Shown here: positions 12,943 to 26,320 of the stretch, piece after piece | Numbering within the stretch: the first letter of the stretch is position 1 | How the letters are laid out: each line of letters starts with the position of its first letter | Source: Eledone cirrhosa | Taxonomy: Eukaryota | Length of the DNA: 64,000 bases | Assembly: GCA_964016885.1 (NCBI GenBank) | Contig: OZ024755.1 | Span: 19,592,001 to 19,656,000, forward strand | Reading direction: 5' to 3' | Translations under genes and position numbers: made by a program | The notes under the pieces: generated by a model | Database searches by the model: none | The model's input: the letters and a program-made list of their open reading frames with translations, nothing else | Told to the model about the DNA's origin: nothing

Positions 12943-13807
12943 ATATCTCGCAGATATACTCACACACATATCATCATCGTTTAACGTCCATCTTCCACGC
13001 TAGCATGAAACTATACACAGAAACTTTTGAATGTCAGATTAAATACTTGCGACTAAGACTCTATATTCTCGTCTCTATACACTTATGTATTAAGGTACTT
13101 AGTGTAATGTAGCCGCCAAATAATGTTTAATCTACTGAATTTATAGCCAAAGTAAGAAGAACATTCATTAGATTTAATGACAATTTTTCAAGATTGTATA
13201 AGAGAGAGAATTTTGAAATTTAAATGGATTAGAAATTAAATAAAGTGATTTAGTGTGGAATTAATTTGCTGGTAATTACGGCGGCAACTGTGGACATATT
13301 TCAGTCGTATAAGACATTCTTAGCGAAAACTTTGCACGCGCGCGCACACTCACACACACACACACATACACATATATATATTGTACTGTCTACATACATT
13401 TTAGTTCGCGCTGCAGTTTGTAATATAATATATTTATATAATTTTAAAACTGTGTACTACGTTTTCTCATAACGTAAAGGAAATATTTTAACAACACTTA
13501 AAATATTCTTGATGCTATTTTAATTCGTTTTAGCTATTAAATTATTATTCCCTTTCATGTTAATTATCATTAGTTTGCTAATTTGTTTCCAAACGTATAA
13601 AATATCTTTGGTATGTCATTACTAAATTTATCCTAATTCGTTTCTTTGTTTTGTCATCCAACTGAGAACTCATTAATATTTAGTGCGGTATTATGTTTGT
13701 TTAAGTATTTATACACATACAATGGATGAAAAACTACATGCTTATCAGTAAAAAATAATGCAAGGATATGTTGCCAGGAGGTTACAGAGTGTGAGTAATA
13801 TAGATAA

Positions 13808-14222
13808 GCAAAGTCGTCTATCTTGGACCAACAACCGCTACATTGGCAATCACTTTGAAGGATAGGCTTTTGCAATTCAAGAACAGGAAATCAATACAAA
13901 ATACCTGGTTCACAAAAGAGATAGGGATGCAGGCAAAACACCTAGATGTGACAATAAATGCAGATTATGTAGTGGCCCAAACACTATACAATGCAATCCG
14001 TAGAAAGGATAGCCCCGACAAGAAACATATTAAAAGATATAACAAAGTGGAAGACATATACATACATAATATGAAAGTGTACTGGTAGAATGTTCCAGTC
14101 AAAGTCCAAATAAAATGCAAGCATAACAGACAAAATATAAAGATTAGCGAAAAGGAGAATATCTAGGCAGACCTAAAAAGGAATCTACAGATACTTTATC
14201 CTGATTATACCTTCAGATTTAT
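13808..14222 (+). mobile_element. Decayed R4/Dong-like (restriction-like endonuclease) LINE C-terminal fragment
   Basis: Translates with breaks to HFEG*AFAIQEQEINTKYL..DNKCRLC..VAQTLYNAI..YW*NVPVK..CKHNR..NLQILYPDYTF, resembling EG-AIQ(D/E)Q / CRLC / HNRPD motifs. Confidence 0.65.
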
Positions 14223-15309
14223 GGGTTCAGAGAGATCGGTTCCGCCAAGTTTATAAAATGCCCCAGAAATCCTATATGTGAATCTGGCGCCCCTGTGACT
14301 CCATTGTGAGTTACTAGTTCATACATATATAATAGACTTGCAAAATGTCCACAATATATGATATTTGACGTCTATTTAGAAGAAAGTTTATTTTAGTCCT
14401 GAAATTAAACTGATTGTTACATCGAAAACATTATATTTCAGTACCTTTAGCTCTGGCACAATTAAAGTTGTATCAGATATACAACAGTTAACGTAGATAA
14501 AGTTAATTTACAGAGCAATCTAACGTCTCGGAGATTGCCTTCTAGCTTGAATAACACAAATGCCCTTTCCTTCTTTGTTAAAGCTGACACTCAGACGAAA
14601 GTCAAAGCTTTGAAACGTTAAGATCTACATTCTTCACAGCATATGTACTTTCATAAAGATTAATTGATTTTTGCCGACATAGATCCTTGTCAGTTTCTTC
14701 AGATTTTAATTTCATCTGTATTAGATAAAGATAAGTTGTTGTATGAAGTGTTAAAGGTTAACATCAATGTACGGAGATATTATTTGAACAAAAATTTTCT
14801 TGACGTTTGATGACGATTCATGTATTATAATACCTACAGTGACAGAGTTTACTTGGCTTCCAGCCTGGAGATACAATGTATTGTAAAAGATCTACCAACT
14901 ATAAACATCTTTGAGTACATGGAGGTTACATATAATTCTTTCTAGCATTGTTTATATTTTATACACGAGGCCAACAATTTGAAGGAAAGTGTGTGTGTGT
15001 GTGTGGGGGGGGGGGGAAGCAATTAAATCGACTTCAGTGCGTTACTGGTACTTTATTTTATCGACCCTATAATTTGGACATAAAGAGCCGTAACTACATG
15101 CCACAAACCCGCAAAGCATATTGTTCGAGGCTCTACCGATCGATACTGCCAATCCACCACCCTTGAAGGTATACATACTGGTTTGGGTTTCTGATTTAAG
15201 CAAAAGGCCAACAATTTTGGGGGAGAGCGGAAGTCGATGGTTGGATAAAATGGGCAAAACCAACCGGCAGAAGGCCCAGGGGTTGACCCCGAGCAAGATG
15301 GTTAAATAA

Positions 15310-15497
15310 CTGTTTCTACGTTAGGCACAAGGCCAGCAATTACCCAGTGCATTACTGGTACTTTATTTTATCGACCCCGTAAGGATGAAAGGCAAAGTTA
15401 CCCTCGGCGGGATTTGAACTCAGAATGGCAAGGGCCGTAACTCTATACGTCAAAGCATGGCGTCCGAACCTCTCCCAATACTGCCAATCCACCGCCC
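15310..15497 (-). mobile_element. SINE family A; partial minus-strand copies also at about 15020-15160 and 15195-15240
   Basis: Reverse-complement consensus match. Confidence 0.9.
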
Positions 15498-15639
15498 TTG
15501 GTTAAATAACATTCATGAACTTGGCTGGTCTTGCTTGGGGATCCAGCCATGTCAGTTGGAGACGGTTGCTTCTGACAGGAGCTGCTGGAAGGACTGTTCG
15601 AGGACTCTGCCCCCTCCCCGCCCCCTCTACGACCCTCTA

Positions 15640-16177
15640 GAGAAGAAGAAGACGACGGCGACGAAGAAGAATAAGAAGACGACGGCGACGAAGAAGAATA
15701 AGAATAAGAAGACGACGGCGACGAAGAAGAATAAGAAGACGACGGCGACGGCGACGAAGAAGAAGAAGACGGCGACGGCGACGAAGAAGAATAAGAAGAC
15801 GACGAAGAAGAATAAGAAGACGACGGCGACGAATAAGAATAAGAAGACGACGGCGACGAAGAAGAATAAGAAGACGACGGCGACGACGAAGAAGAATAAG
15901 AAGACGACGGCGACGAAGAAGAATAAGAATAAGAAGACGACGGCGACGAAGAAGAAAAAGAATAAGAAGACGACGGCGACGAAGAATAATAATAAGAAGA
16001 CGACGGCGACGAAGAAGAATAAGAAGACGACGGCGACGAAGAATAATAATAAGAAGACGACGGCGACGAAGAAGAATAAGAAGACGACGGCGACGAAGAA
16101 GAATAAGAAGGCGACGAAGAAGAATAAGAAGGCGACGGCGACGAAGAAGAATAAGAAGGCGACGGCGACGAAGAAGA
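15640..16177. repeat. Trinucleotide-derived minisatellite (about 27-bp ACGACGGCGACGAAGAAGAATAAGAAG)
   Basis: Tandem, CpG-rich and variable in unit length. Confidence 0.95.
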
Positions 16178-16384
16178 TTATGTTTATGAAGAGAAGCAGT
16201 GCTATTTGTTGTTGTCTGGATTGACAAATATCAGAAATGAAGTGTGTAGGAGCAGATGTATGATATATGTCAAATACAGGCGAGTAAATTCATTAAAGTG
16301 CTTTGATATGTTTACAACAAATAAATCATATTTCTGAAGAAAATGTTTATATTTATATTTATCTAGAATAGTGATCCACACATT

Positions 16385-16700
16385 TACTACTACTACTACT
16401 ATTACTACTGCTGCTGCTGCTACTACTACTGCTACTACTACTACTGTTGCTACTGCTACTACTATTGTTACTACTACTACTACTACTGTTGCTACTACTA
16501 CTACTACTACTACTACTACTGTTGCTACTACTACTACTACTACTACTGTTGCTACTACTACTACTACTACTGTTGTTACTACTACTACTACTGCTACTAC
16601 TGTTGCTACTACTACTACTACTACTACTACTGTTGCTACTACTACTACTACTACTACTGTTGCTACTACTGTTACTACTACTACTACTACTACTACTAAT
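16385..16700. repeat. Interrupted (CTA)n microsatellite
   Basis: Direct reading of the sequence. Confidence 0.95.
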
Positions 16701-17444
16701 AAAACAACGGATTGAATTATAAAAGAGATTTTGAGTCAACTATCATAAGATATTCCACAGACTTTTAAGTCACACAAATGTATCGACCACCAAGTAATAT
16801 GCTTAATTCCAAGGCTTACAATGTACGAGCTTTGGATTAAAACAGAGGTTTATTTTTAAAGACTGTCGAGAAGAGGTTGCCAAGATCAAAACAAAGACAG
16901 TTTATAAAGGTTATCCTCGCTTAGCATTGTGTGTGTATGATTGCGTGTGTGAGAGAGCGAGAGAGAGAGGAGAGTGAGAGAGAGAAGAGGGAAAGAGAGA
17001 GCGAGAGAAGAGAGAGAGAGAGAGAGCGAGTGAGAAGAGAGAGAGAGAGAAGAGAGCGAGAGTGAGAGAGCGAGAGAGAAGAGATGTGTATAACGCATGT
17101 GCTGTATCCTACAGCACATGCGCTATACACATACACAAGCGCGCGCACACATACACACACATATATATATATATACATACAATGTGGTCTACCCTTCGCG
17201 GTAGGGTCCGTACCGTAGATAGAACTCAATGTAATCCGATGGCGAGTAATCCAGTGAAAACCATAGAAAGGTTCCTTGTCCCTCTGAGTTAATTCCTTAG
17301 ATACAGATTCTGATAGTATACAGGTACATAACTGCTATAGATCAGGCAATATGTCAATATAATCAACCCTCCGAAACGATCGTAAAACAATGATATGAAT
17401 AGGTACAATAACTTGACTTTGTTGTTCTTATTTTCATTGTTAAA

Positions 17445-17477
<33 letters not shown>

Positions 17478-17480
<3 letters not shown>

Positions 17481-17803
17481 CAAAGTACAAAACAATCAAA
17501 TTTATGTTTAATGCATTTAATTCTGACGATCGTTTCTCCCAGACAACTTTCTGGAATCATCGGAGCATACACAATGTTTAAATAAGTAATTACTATCCTA
17601 GTCCTCAGAACATTCATTAAGATACATTACTATTCACTGACACTATCAATAGTAATGTATCTTAATGAATGTTCTGAGGACTCTGATTGTAATTACTTGT
17701 TTAAACATTGTGTATGCTCCGATGATTCCAGACAGTTGTCTGGAAGAAACGATCGTCAGCAATTAAATGCATTAAACAAATTTGATTGTTTTGTGCTTTG
17801 TAT
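17478..17803. repeat. Long imperfect inverted repeat (about 157-bp arms, 13-nt spacer)
   Basis: Arms are 17478-17634 and 17648-17803. It begins at the edge of a (TA)n tract and each arm holds a hammerhead motif. Confidence 0.95.
17715..17761 (+). ncRNA. Type I hammerhead motif with U4C core variant
   Basis: TGCT-CCGATGA-TTCCAGAC-AGTT-GTCTGGAA-GAAA-CGATCG-TC-AGCA. Stem II is a perfect 8 bp and stem III is palindromic. A degenerate mirror copy lies at 17523-17567 (-). Confidence 0.75.
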
Positions 17804-18281
17804 TTCTACTCTGTAATACATCTGAAGTTTTACATTAAGCTATTTCTCTTACTAGTTATTGGGTATTACAACATACTAACCTTTCATATTTATAATTATA
17901 TATACTATTATTATTATTATATATACATATATATTCTACAATACAATACCCCCCCCCCCCAAAAAAAAAATAACAAAAACCAAAATCAATGTCTCACTGA
18001 ATTGATTTACATCTATGTTCAGAAATTACGTGAGTTTGCTGGGTTTTGGGAAATTGAAAAAATAATATAATAATTGGTACTAAAAGACAGAACACAGAAG
18101 ATGATATGATTCAAAAGAGATTCATAGATGGCATGCAATCATCTAAGCCGTGTATAAAATACATTAAAATATCTTCAATCAGGTGAGGCAAAACTTAATG
18201 CATGTATTGTGACTTCAATCAACAACCTGAAATGATTTCGATATTTTAGATGATTGGAATAAAGTAAAAAACAACAACAAC

Positions 18282-18313
<32 letters not shown>

Positions 18314-19039
18314 CAAAGCAACGAAAGAGTTACCTTCATGATATCACTGTCATATGTTAATAGAAACAAGAATACATCTCATTCTAAATATTTTATTTTT
18401 GTTTATACAAAAACATAAACCATCAAAATGTCCTGAATTTTGGTAAAACACTTATTGAATATGGGACAAATAATCGATTTTAGGCAGTATTCAAATCCCC
18501 CACTCTCAAAAAAAAAAAAAAAAAAAAAAAAAATGAAAATGTACGTGTTTCTGAAATTGATATAAAACTACTACCCTGACCAGAAAATTGTCTTGACAGT
18601 CAGGTAAAACTGTAAAATAATTCAGAATATTTGAATTGATGTGAATAAATCAAAGTTTTTCAAAACTCTCTGATCTTAGACTCAAACAATTTCATGCATA
18701 ACTTATTGAACATTTCTGAAAGTTTCGTACGTTAATGGAAACTGTAAAAAAAAGAATAGCTGTGTCATTATTGCTGAATGTGAGAAATCAAATATGGCTG
18801 GCTTGGTGTGTATGTGACGAAGGCTAACTGTTGAACATTAACTCGAATGATTGCAGTTCTAGGATATTTCAGGAAGTTTCAAGGCTTAAATCCTTATCGA
18901 ATAAAATATCAGGCTATGTTATCTTGAGGTAATAATATTCCTAATACATATTATAACCATTAGTCATAACGAATTTCATGAAATTAATTAATGATGGTCG
19001 TCTAGAAATAGATATTTAGACAGAAATGTGTTCTGAAGC

Positions 19040-19650
19040 CAGATAATTCACTACGGTAAATACACCAACGGGTCTTTTTTAAAGATGGACATAGCCTTAC
19101 TTATAGAATAAAAACAGCAATCACTATTGTTCAGAGAGCAATTGAATATTTTGTTTTTTTAGAATGACATAATGATGTTTTAGTACATCAAAATGATGTA
19201 TGTATTCGTGCTAAATAGTTTAAGGTCCACAAATCCAGATTGATAGAATCCTAAAAAAGGTCGGAATTCTCAAGAACGGTGATTAATTGAGCAAAATTTG
19301 TCTGAGAGATTGATGAATTATCGGTTTGGGATAAAGACTGACATAGAAAAAAATGTCGACTGCTCATCGATATGTGAGGATTATAGATTCCAAATCATGA
19401 AAGAACAAGAAGTAATTACAATATTTTGGCGGGGGTTTGTTAACTTCTCTGGAAGATTTGATGATCTTTATTCAAACTGCATATACCTACTTGCATTACT
19501 TCGTAAATATGGTATGTCATTTCATAGAGAGCCTAACAACTAAAGACATTTGGATATATAACCTTATCTTAGCATTAAAGCCAGTGGCTCAGATTTATGA
19601 TAGATGGCAAAAGGCTATATCTGGAATATTTTCAGAAGACAATATATGAC
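19040..19650 (+). mobile_element. Heavily decayed Ty3/Gypsy pol (RT to RNase H) remnant
   Basis: Fragments FTTVNTPTGLF..IKTAITIVQRAIE..VLVHQNDVCI (degenerate YxDD)..GFVNFSGRF..LLRK. Confidence 0.6.
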
Positions 19651-19939
19651 AAGAACATTACTCACAATTGAAACAACGTACTACTGAAATATTAAATGAG
19701 AAGCCTTGAATCGAAGACTACGGCATTTTCCATTTAGCCAAAAAGTTTAAATTGGTATAAGTAGAATTTATTTTTAGCAAAATTTCTGGTTTAGCCAAAA
19801 TAACATCTGCAACGCATTTAAAGATGGTTCTTACAAATAGCAGCAGTCGATTATGAAATATAATATGAAAGAGAATATGAAATACCACATGTTGCTGTAT
19901 AGAAAAAAAAAAAAAAAAAGTCGAAAGTCTGTCTCATAA

Positions 19940-20160
19940 GGCCAGTACTTATCCTGGCTTCTGTGGCGTTAAGCAACCGAGAGTCCAAGATTACCCTCTG
20001 GAAAAGACGCCAGTCCATTGCAGGGTTAAATCTCCAGCTATTGCTGGTACTCATTTTGAGCCCAGTATACATGTTTCTCTCAAAAACACCACACACAAGC
20101 CAGTCCAGGAATCGAACCCATGACATTATGATCGTAAGTTCAATACATCTATCACGAAAC
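19940..20160 (-). mobile_element. Third tRNA-derived SINE-like element
   Basis: Minus strand shows B box GGTTCGATTCC and AAATGAGTACCAGC. Only one copy is present in this window. Confidence 0.55.
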
Positions 20161-20670
20161 CATTGAACTTAATTAATAATTTTGGCTTGGGATAATATGA
20201 TGATGATAATGATGACTTTATTGATTTTGTATAAACTGATATTATAAAATCTAAAAACATAAACTTGGTGACTACCAAAAATAATATTTTATCTGATATA
20301 TTAATAATTGTCTCTACTTTTAGGCACAAGGCCAGCAATTACCCAGTGCATATTAATAATAACTTTTCATGATACTTGGAGCAATTGTTCTGTTGTTGAA
20401 AAACTATGTAAATAACTGAAAAGTAATTTAACAGTTGAAGATGGTATCTTATGTAATACGGATTTAATTGTTCCGGGGACTCGTTTGAAATATTGATCAT
20501 AAAAACACTGTTTAGGATGATTTACATTGTGGCTAAATGGAAACAAAGAAGCTGAAAAAATTAGAGGCACACACACACACACACACACACACAGATACAC
20601 ATACGCACAGTCACATATACAGAGAGAGAGAGGCACCCCATCATATATATATATATATGTATACATACAT

Positions 20671-20713
<43 letters not shown>

Positions 20714-20716
20714 CAT

Positions 20717-20756
<40 letters not shown>

Positions 20757-20830
20757 ATATATATATATATATATATGCAGATTTATTACACCAACCTATG
20801 ATGTCATGGAGTATATATATATATATATAT

Positions 20831-20949
20831 ATAGAAAAAGAGTCAGGACCCAGACGGCAGGGCTAAAGCCTTTTCGACTGCTATTTCAGTTCAAAGATAG
20901 CCGTCGACACGGCTTCAGCTCTGCCATCGGGGTCCTGACTCTTTTCCTA

Positions 20950-20950
<1 letters not shown>
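20831..20950. mobile_element. Family C fold-back copy (diverged) within (TA)n
   Basis: Imperfect palindrome ATAGAAAAAGAGTCAGGACCC...GGGTCCTGACTCTTTTCCTAT. Confidence 0.8.
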
Positions 20951-21580
<630 letters not shown>

Positions 21581-21699
21581 CATGCACGCATGAATGAAAA
21601 CGGTGAGGGAAATATGTAAATATGTAGTAAGGGAAACTCCGTTGACCTCTCCTTCACTCCTTCTTCCCAGAAGAGCTCTTTCAGGCTTGAAGGAACAGC

Positions 21700-21882
21700 T
21701 TTGGCAGGATCGGTAGAGGGTTGGACGCCATGCTGTGCAGCACAGTTACGTCTCTTTACGGATTCAGTTCAAATCCCGCCGAGGTTAACTTTGCCTTTCA
21801 TCCTTACGGGGTCGATAAAATAAAGTACCAGTAATACACTGGGATAATTGCTGGCCTTGTGCGAAAAGTGGAAACAATTATA
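21700..21882 (+). mobile_element. SINE family A
   Basis: Consensus match. Confidence 0.9.
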
Positions 21883-22025
21883 AAATCACGTCATAAACGT
21901 TGATGATCTGAGATCTTGTCTCAGATCAACAATTGTACTTTTTATATGTTACAGACACTTTAGAGTGCTGTTTCAATTTCATTTACCCAACTAGAACTAG
22001 CCACACACATATACATACATGTAAT

Positions 22026-22062
<37 letters not shown>

Positions 22063-22669
22063 GCATATACACACATACATATAATATATATATATATATG
22101 CATATACACACATAGATATATGCATATACACACATATATACATATATATGCATATACACACATATATACATATACACATATATATGCATATACACACACA
22201 TATATGCATATATATGCATATACACACATATACATATTTATATGCATATACACACATATATATGTATATATATGCATATACACACATATACATATTTATA
22301 TACATATACATACATATACATATTTATATACATATACATACATATACATATACATATTTATATACATATACATACATATACATATATATGTATATACACA
22401 CATATATACATATATATGCATATACACACACATATATATGCATATATATGCATATACACACACATATATATGCATATATATGCATATACACACATATACA
22501 TATTTATATACATATACACACATATATATGCATATATATGCATATACACACATATACATATTTATATATATATACACACATATATATGCATATATATGCA
22601 TATACACACATATACATATTTATATGCATATACATACATATACATATTTATATGCATATACATACATAT

Positions 22670-22716
<47 letters not shown>

Positions 22717-23469
22717 TATTTCCTTGTTTGCGGCCAATTAAGAACCAGTGAAACGTCAGTTTTCAATATTGTAAAATATATAATTACATTCGATGTATTT
22801 TTGTTCCCTCTTTTCTTCTCCTCCTCCTTCTTCACCCCCTCTCTCTCTCCCCCTCTCTCTCTCTCCACTTGTTAAGGAATATGATGAAAGGCATTTATTT
22901 CTCATTACGGCAATTTAGCTTCGCTTCTGGCTATTTGAGTATCATGGACAATTTCACAGTAATCTTAGTTAAAAGTGAAGAAAAAGAAAAAAATCATTTC
23001 TGATAAACAAAACAAAATGTCTAAAACAGTAACATTTGTAAATGATTTTCTTTTTGAAGTCGTTGAAATTTGTTGAGGATTTCTTTTTTCATTTGAGTAT
23101 TGATTTCTGTCATAAGTACAAAGTGAAAATTAGGTCGAACCTCAGGACATAACTGGTACTTATTTTATCGATTGCTGACTGATAAAAGATAAAGACGATC
23201 TCGGAGGGCTTTGCAGTTAGAACATAAAGTAGCGTAACTATATATTGTAAAATATTTAAGTTTTTCTTTCCCATATTTCTAATGAAAAGAATGGCCTATA
23301 TTTTTCAAATAAATTTGAAAATAATGAAGCATTATTCTCATTAGCTATCTGGTGTTTGTAACACAACTTTAAACTTCGTGCAAGAAATTATGGTGGAAGA
23401 ATCTTAAATAAATATAAATGCTTTAAAATACACAGATTTGTATCGTAGATATTGCTCAAAGACTGATAC

Positions 23470-23650
23470 GTTTTGCAGGACATTGCTGGGAGCCAACTTA
23501 CGGGAGATGCAGGAGAGGAAGCCATGCTCGAATCTTCATCGATCAACTCTGAGACGGTACAAACCTCAGAAAGGTGCAGTTTCCAGGAGCAAATCGTGAA
23601 TTATGGAGAGACTTTGTCTAGAACGTTCGACTGTGTCGCAATGATGATAA
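23470..23650 (+). mobile_element. RTE/RTEX-like LINE 3' fragment
   Basis: FAGHCW..GRCRRG..FIDQL..NRELWRDFV; similar to 24175-24350. Confidence 0.65.
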
Positions 23651-23654
23651 TATA

Positions 23655-23692
<38 letters not shown>

Positions 23693-23698
<6 letters not shown>

Positions 23699-23812
23699 TA
23701 ATAAAAATAATGAATAAAAACAAAGAAACAGTTCCTTATATTAAAAAATTAAAGAATTTTTTAATATAAGGAACTGTTTCTTTGTTTTTATTCATTATTT
23801 TTATTAATTTAT
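23693..23812. repeat. Perfect inverted repeat: 58-bp arms, 4-nt loop
   Basis: ATAAATTAATAAAAATAATG...AAAAAATT-AAAG-AATTTTTT...TAATTTAT, abutting (TA)n. Confidence 0.95.
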
Positions 23813-23930
23813 CTTGACTCTGTTTTCCTGTGTTTTTCATCGAAAAAATTTTGAATACATCTTCTCTTTTCATGATATTTGGATTACATTGAGTTCTTCA
23901 TACGGATTGGACACTACCGTATATTTTGGT

Positions 23931-23971
<41 letters not shown>

Positions 23972-24014
23972 GACGAAACATAAGTCAATTGCATGAACTC
24001 ATAATCCTTTATTT

Positions 24015-24060
24015 ACTGCTATATATATTTCGATTGAAGGCTATGACCTCATCAGGCAGT
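24015..24060 (-). ncRNA. Minimal type I hammerhead motif
   Basis: Minus strand reads ACTGC-CTGATGA-GGTCATAGCCTTCAATC-GAAA-TATATA-TA-GCAGT, giving a 5-bp stem I and a weak 3-bp stem II. Confidence 0.7.
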
Positions 24061-24174
24061 TAGTCAGTTCTTAGATATGCCAGCTCTGTGTTTATGGTGT
24101 TGATGGTATCATACCCTTGGGACATATATATATATATATATATATGATATATCTATATATATATATGATATTGT

Positions 24175-24350
24175 AGGAACCGACTCGTGGGAGATGCAGT
24201 CGAAAACTTGCTCTAACCTTCATCTATCAACTATCAGACGATATAAACTTCAGCAAGGAGCAGTTGCTAGGAACAATGGAAAATCGTGAATTGTGGAGGG
24301 ACTTTGTCAGGGATGTTTGATTGTAGTCGCCATGATGATGATGATGATGA
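24175..24350 (+). mobile_element. RTE/RTEX-like LINE 3' end with (TGA)n tail
   Basis: ..MENRELWRDFVRDV* followed by (TGA)6. Confidence 0.7.
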
Positions 24351-24555
24351 CGAGGAGGAGGATCATAGAACAAGGAAATTGTTTTAGACATACACATGTA
24401 TATATACACACTGTATACACATGTATATACACACACATATATAGCCACTTCTGTACACTTTATTTTTGACTCCAGGTATATTTTAACCGATATTAGAGTG
24501 GTTGACTATTGTGATTGTTATTTACATTGGGACAACAGCATTTCCAATTCCACTC

Positions 24556-24595
<40 letters not shown>

Positions 24596-24636
24596 GCACG
24601 GGTGCGTGTATATATGTGAGTGTAAATATCTGCATG

Positions 24637-24674
<38 letters not shown>

Positions 24675-24717
24675 TACACCCATATATTTACACTCACACA
24701 TACACACACGCCCGTGC

Positions 24718-24759
<42 letters not shown>

Positions 24760-25230
24760 TACACACACATATACATATTTACGAGTGTATACCTGCTTGC
24801 ACATTACTATATTTTAAATAAAATTATTTTCCTTTAATCACGAAATTATATTATTAAATTTATTTGTTTCTATATTTGAATAATTATTTGCAAATAAAAT
24901 AAAATAAAATAAAATAAAATAAAATAAAATAAAATAAAATAAATTAAAAATGAAAGCCAAATTGAATTAAATTCTATTTCTATAACAAAATAAGAAATTC
25001 TAACAATAATCTCTGTGGTCAATGGTAATTCATTTGATTTTTTGGCAGACATATTCTTGTAGAAAGTCGTGTGTTGCCATAATAGTAATTATTCAAAGAG
25101 TTACGAATGATAAAAAGAGTTCATAATTATTTAAATTTGATTGCCGATGAGAATATTAAAAACTTGTAGTCTGACCTTTACGTTAAAACATAAAGAACAA
25201 CAGCTACACAAATATCAACGATTCAAATGA

Positions 25231-25278
25231 TGACGTCACTTCCGCCAGTTGCGGCAAAGTTGAAGTTAGTAATGGCGG
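25231..25278. promoter_or_regulatory. Possible promoter motif cluster: overlapping CRE/ETS plus a YY1-like site
   Basis: TGACGTCACTTCCGC (reverse complement GCGGAAGTGACGTCA) and AATGGCGG. This is a motif match only. Confidence 0.3.
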
Positions 25279-25376
25279 AGTTGTTGGTGTTAATAATTGA
25301 GTAGATTCATGTTGTTCTGTTTATAGAAATATATTGTCAGCGTATGTATGTATGAATGTATGTATGTATGTATGCA

Positions 25377-25862
25377 TGTCGCATGGTCGGGCCGTCGGCG
25401 ACTAAACCGGCAACCCCACCAAGTTTACTTGGTGAGGAGGGTGATTTTGGACACCTTGCAAGACAAAAAACAAAACCTGACAAAGGGCATAAGAGTCCAT
25501 GGCCATCCAAAAGTGTGTAAATATGTATATACACATGAACATATGTATGTATATATGTATATACATGGGTGCATGTGTATGTATATGCACGGGGACATAG
25601 AAATAGTCGGGCTGGACACCCGATCGCGCGGTTAAACCACTGGGAGTGAAGGACCCCTAGCCTTTGTCAGGGCATTCTTCTAGGAGAAGGCAACTCAAGA
25701 AACTGGGATAACTCCGATATAAAACCTGCGGCTCAGTAGTTACCGATGGTGTTGATATTTTCTTCTTTTTGGGTTATAGCTCCTGTCGCTCAGAGAGTGG
25801 GATTGGCTCAGTGCACAGTGTTCCTTCACTTTAAAAAATATCTTCACGCACAGGCATTGCAC
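25377..25862 (+). mobile_element. Third copy (5' part) of the RTE-derived family, with an internal microsatellite
   Basis: GGCGACTAAACCGGCAACCCCACCAAG..GGTGAGGAGGGTGA and TCTAGGAGAAGG are shared with the 49882 copy. Confidence 0.75.
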
Positions 25863-25910
25863 GATAGACTTAATTAATAATTATTAATAATGCTATATCG
25901 TGCAATGGCC

Positions 25911-25982
25911 ATATATTTTATCTGATGAGGATGTACTGAAAAAACAGCACTGTACCTCCGAAATATATATAATAAAATATAT
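25911..25982 (+). ncRNA. Type I hammerhead ribozyme motif (PLE/retrozyme-like), intact core
   Basis: ATATATTTTAT-CTGATGA-GGATGTAC..GTACCTCC-GAAA-TATATA-TA-ATAAAATATAT. Stem I is a perfect 11 bp, stem II pairs 7 of 8, and stem III is palindromic. Predicted cleavage is after 25971. Confidence 0.85.
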
Positions 25983-26142
25983 TTTGATTACGTTGAATGT
26001 CTATATTTATTAATATTTTGAATTAATATATATATATATATATATGACACAGGCCATGGAGTAAGAGACAAGACAAAACAATACTTTACAGCAATTATAC
26101 ATACACACACACACACATTATATATATATATATATATATATA

Positions 26143-26320
26143 TCGACAGTCGGTCGACAAGATCCTAGACCTCATTCGCTTAACGAGTGCGATAGAGCTC
26201 GTCAAATCGGACCGAGGAAACAATGTTTCCATTGGTCTTTCCAATTGCTAATACTATCTGTCAGTTGCAAATCCAGACAGAAATATCAACGTGAAATAAA
26301 TTGTGCTAAAGGACATAACA
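26143..26320 (-). mobile_element. SINE family B 3' part
   Basis: GACAAGATCCTAGACCTCATTCGCTT..GGAAACAATGTTTCCATTGG. Confidence 0.8.

Noticed and set aside
15457-16224. 255-aa Lys/Thr-rich histone H1- or protamine-like ORF
   Set aside because: It starts inside an antisense SINE and consists of a triplet-derived repeat that is open on both strands.
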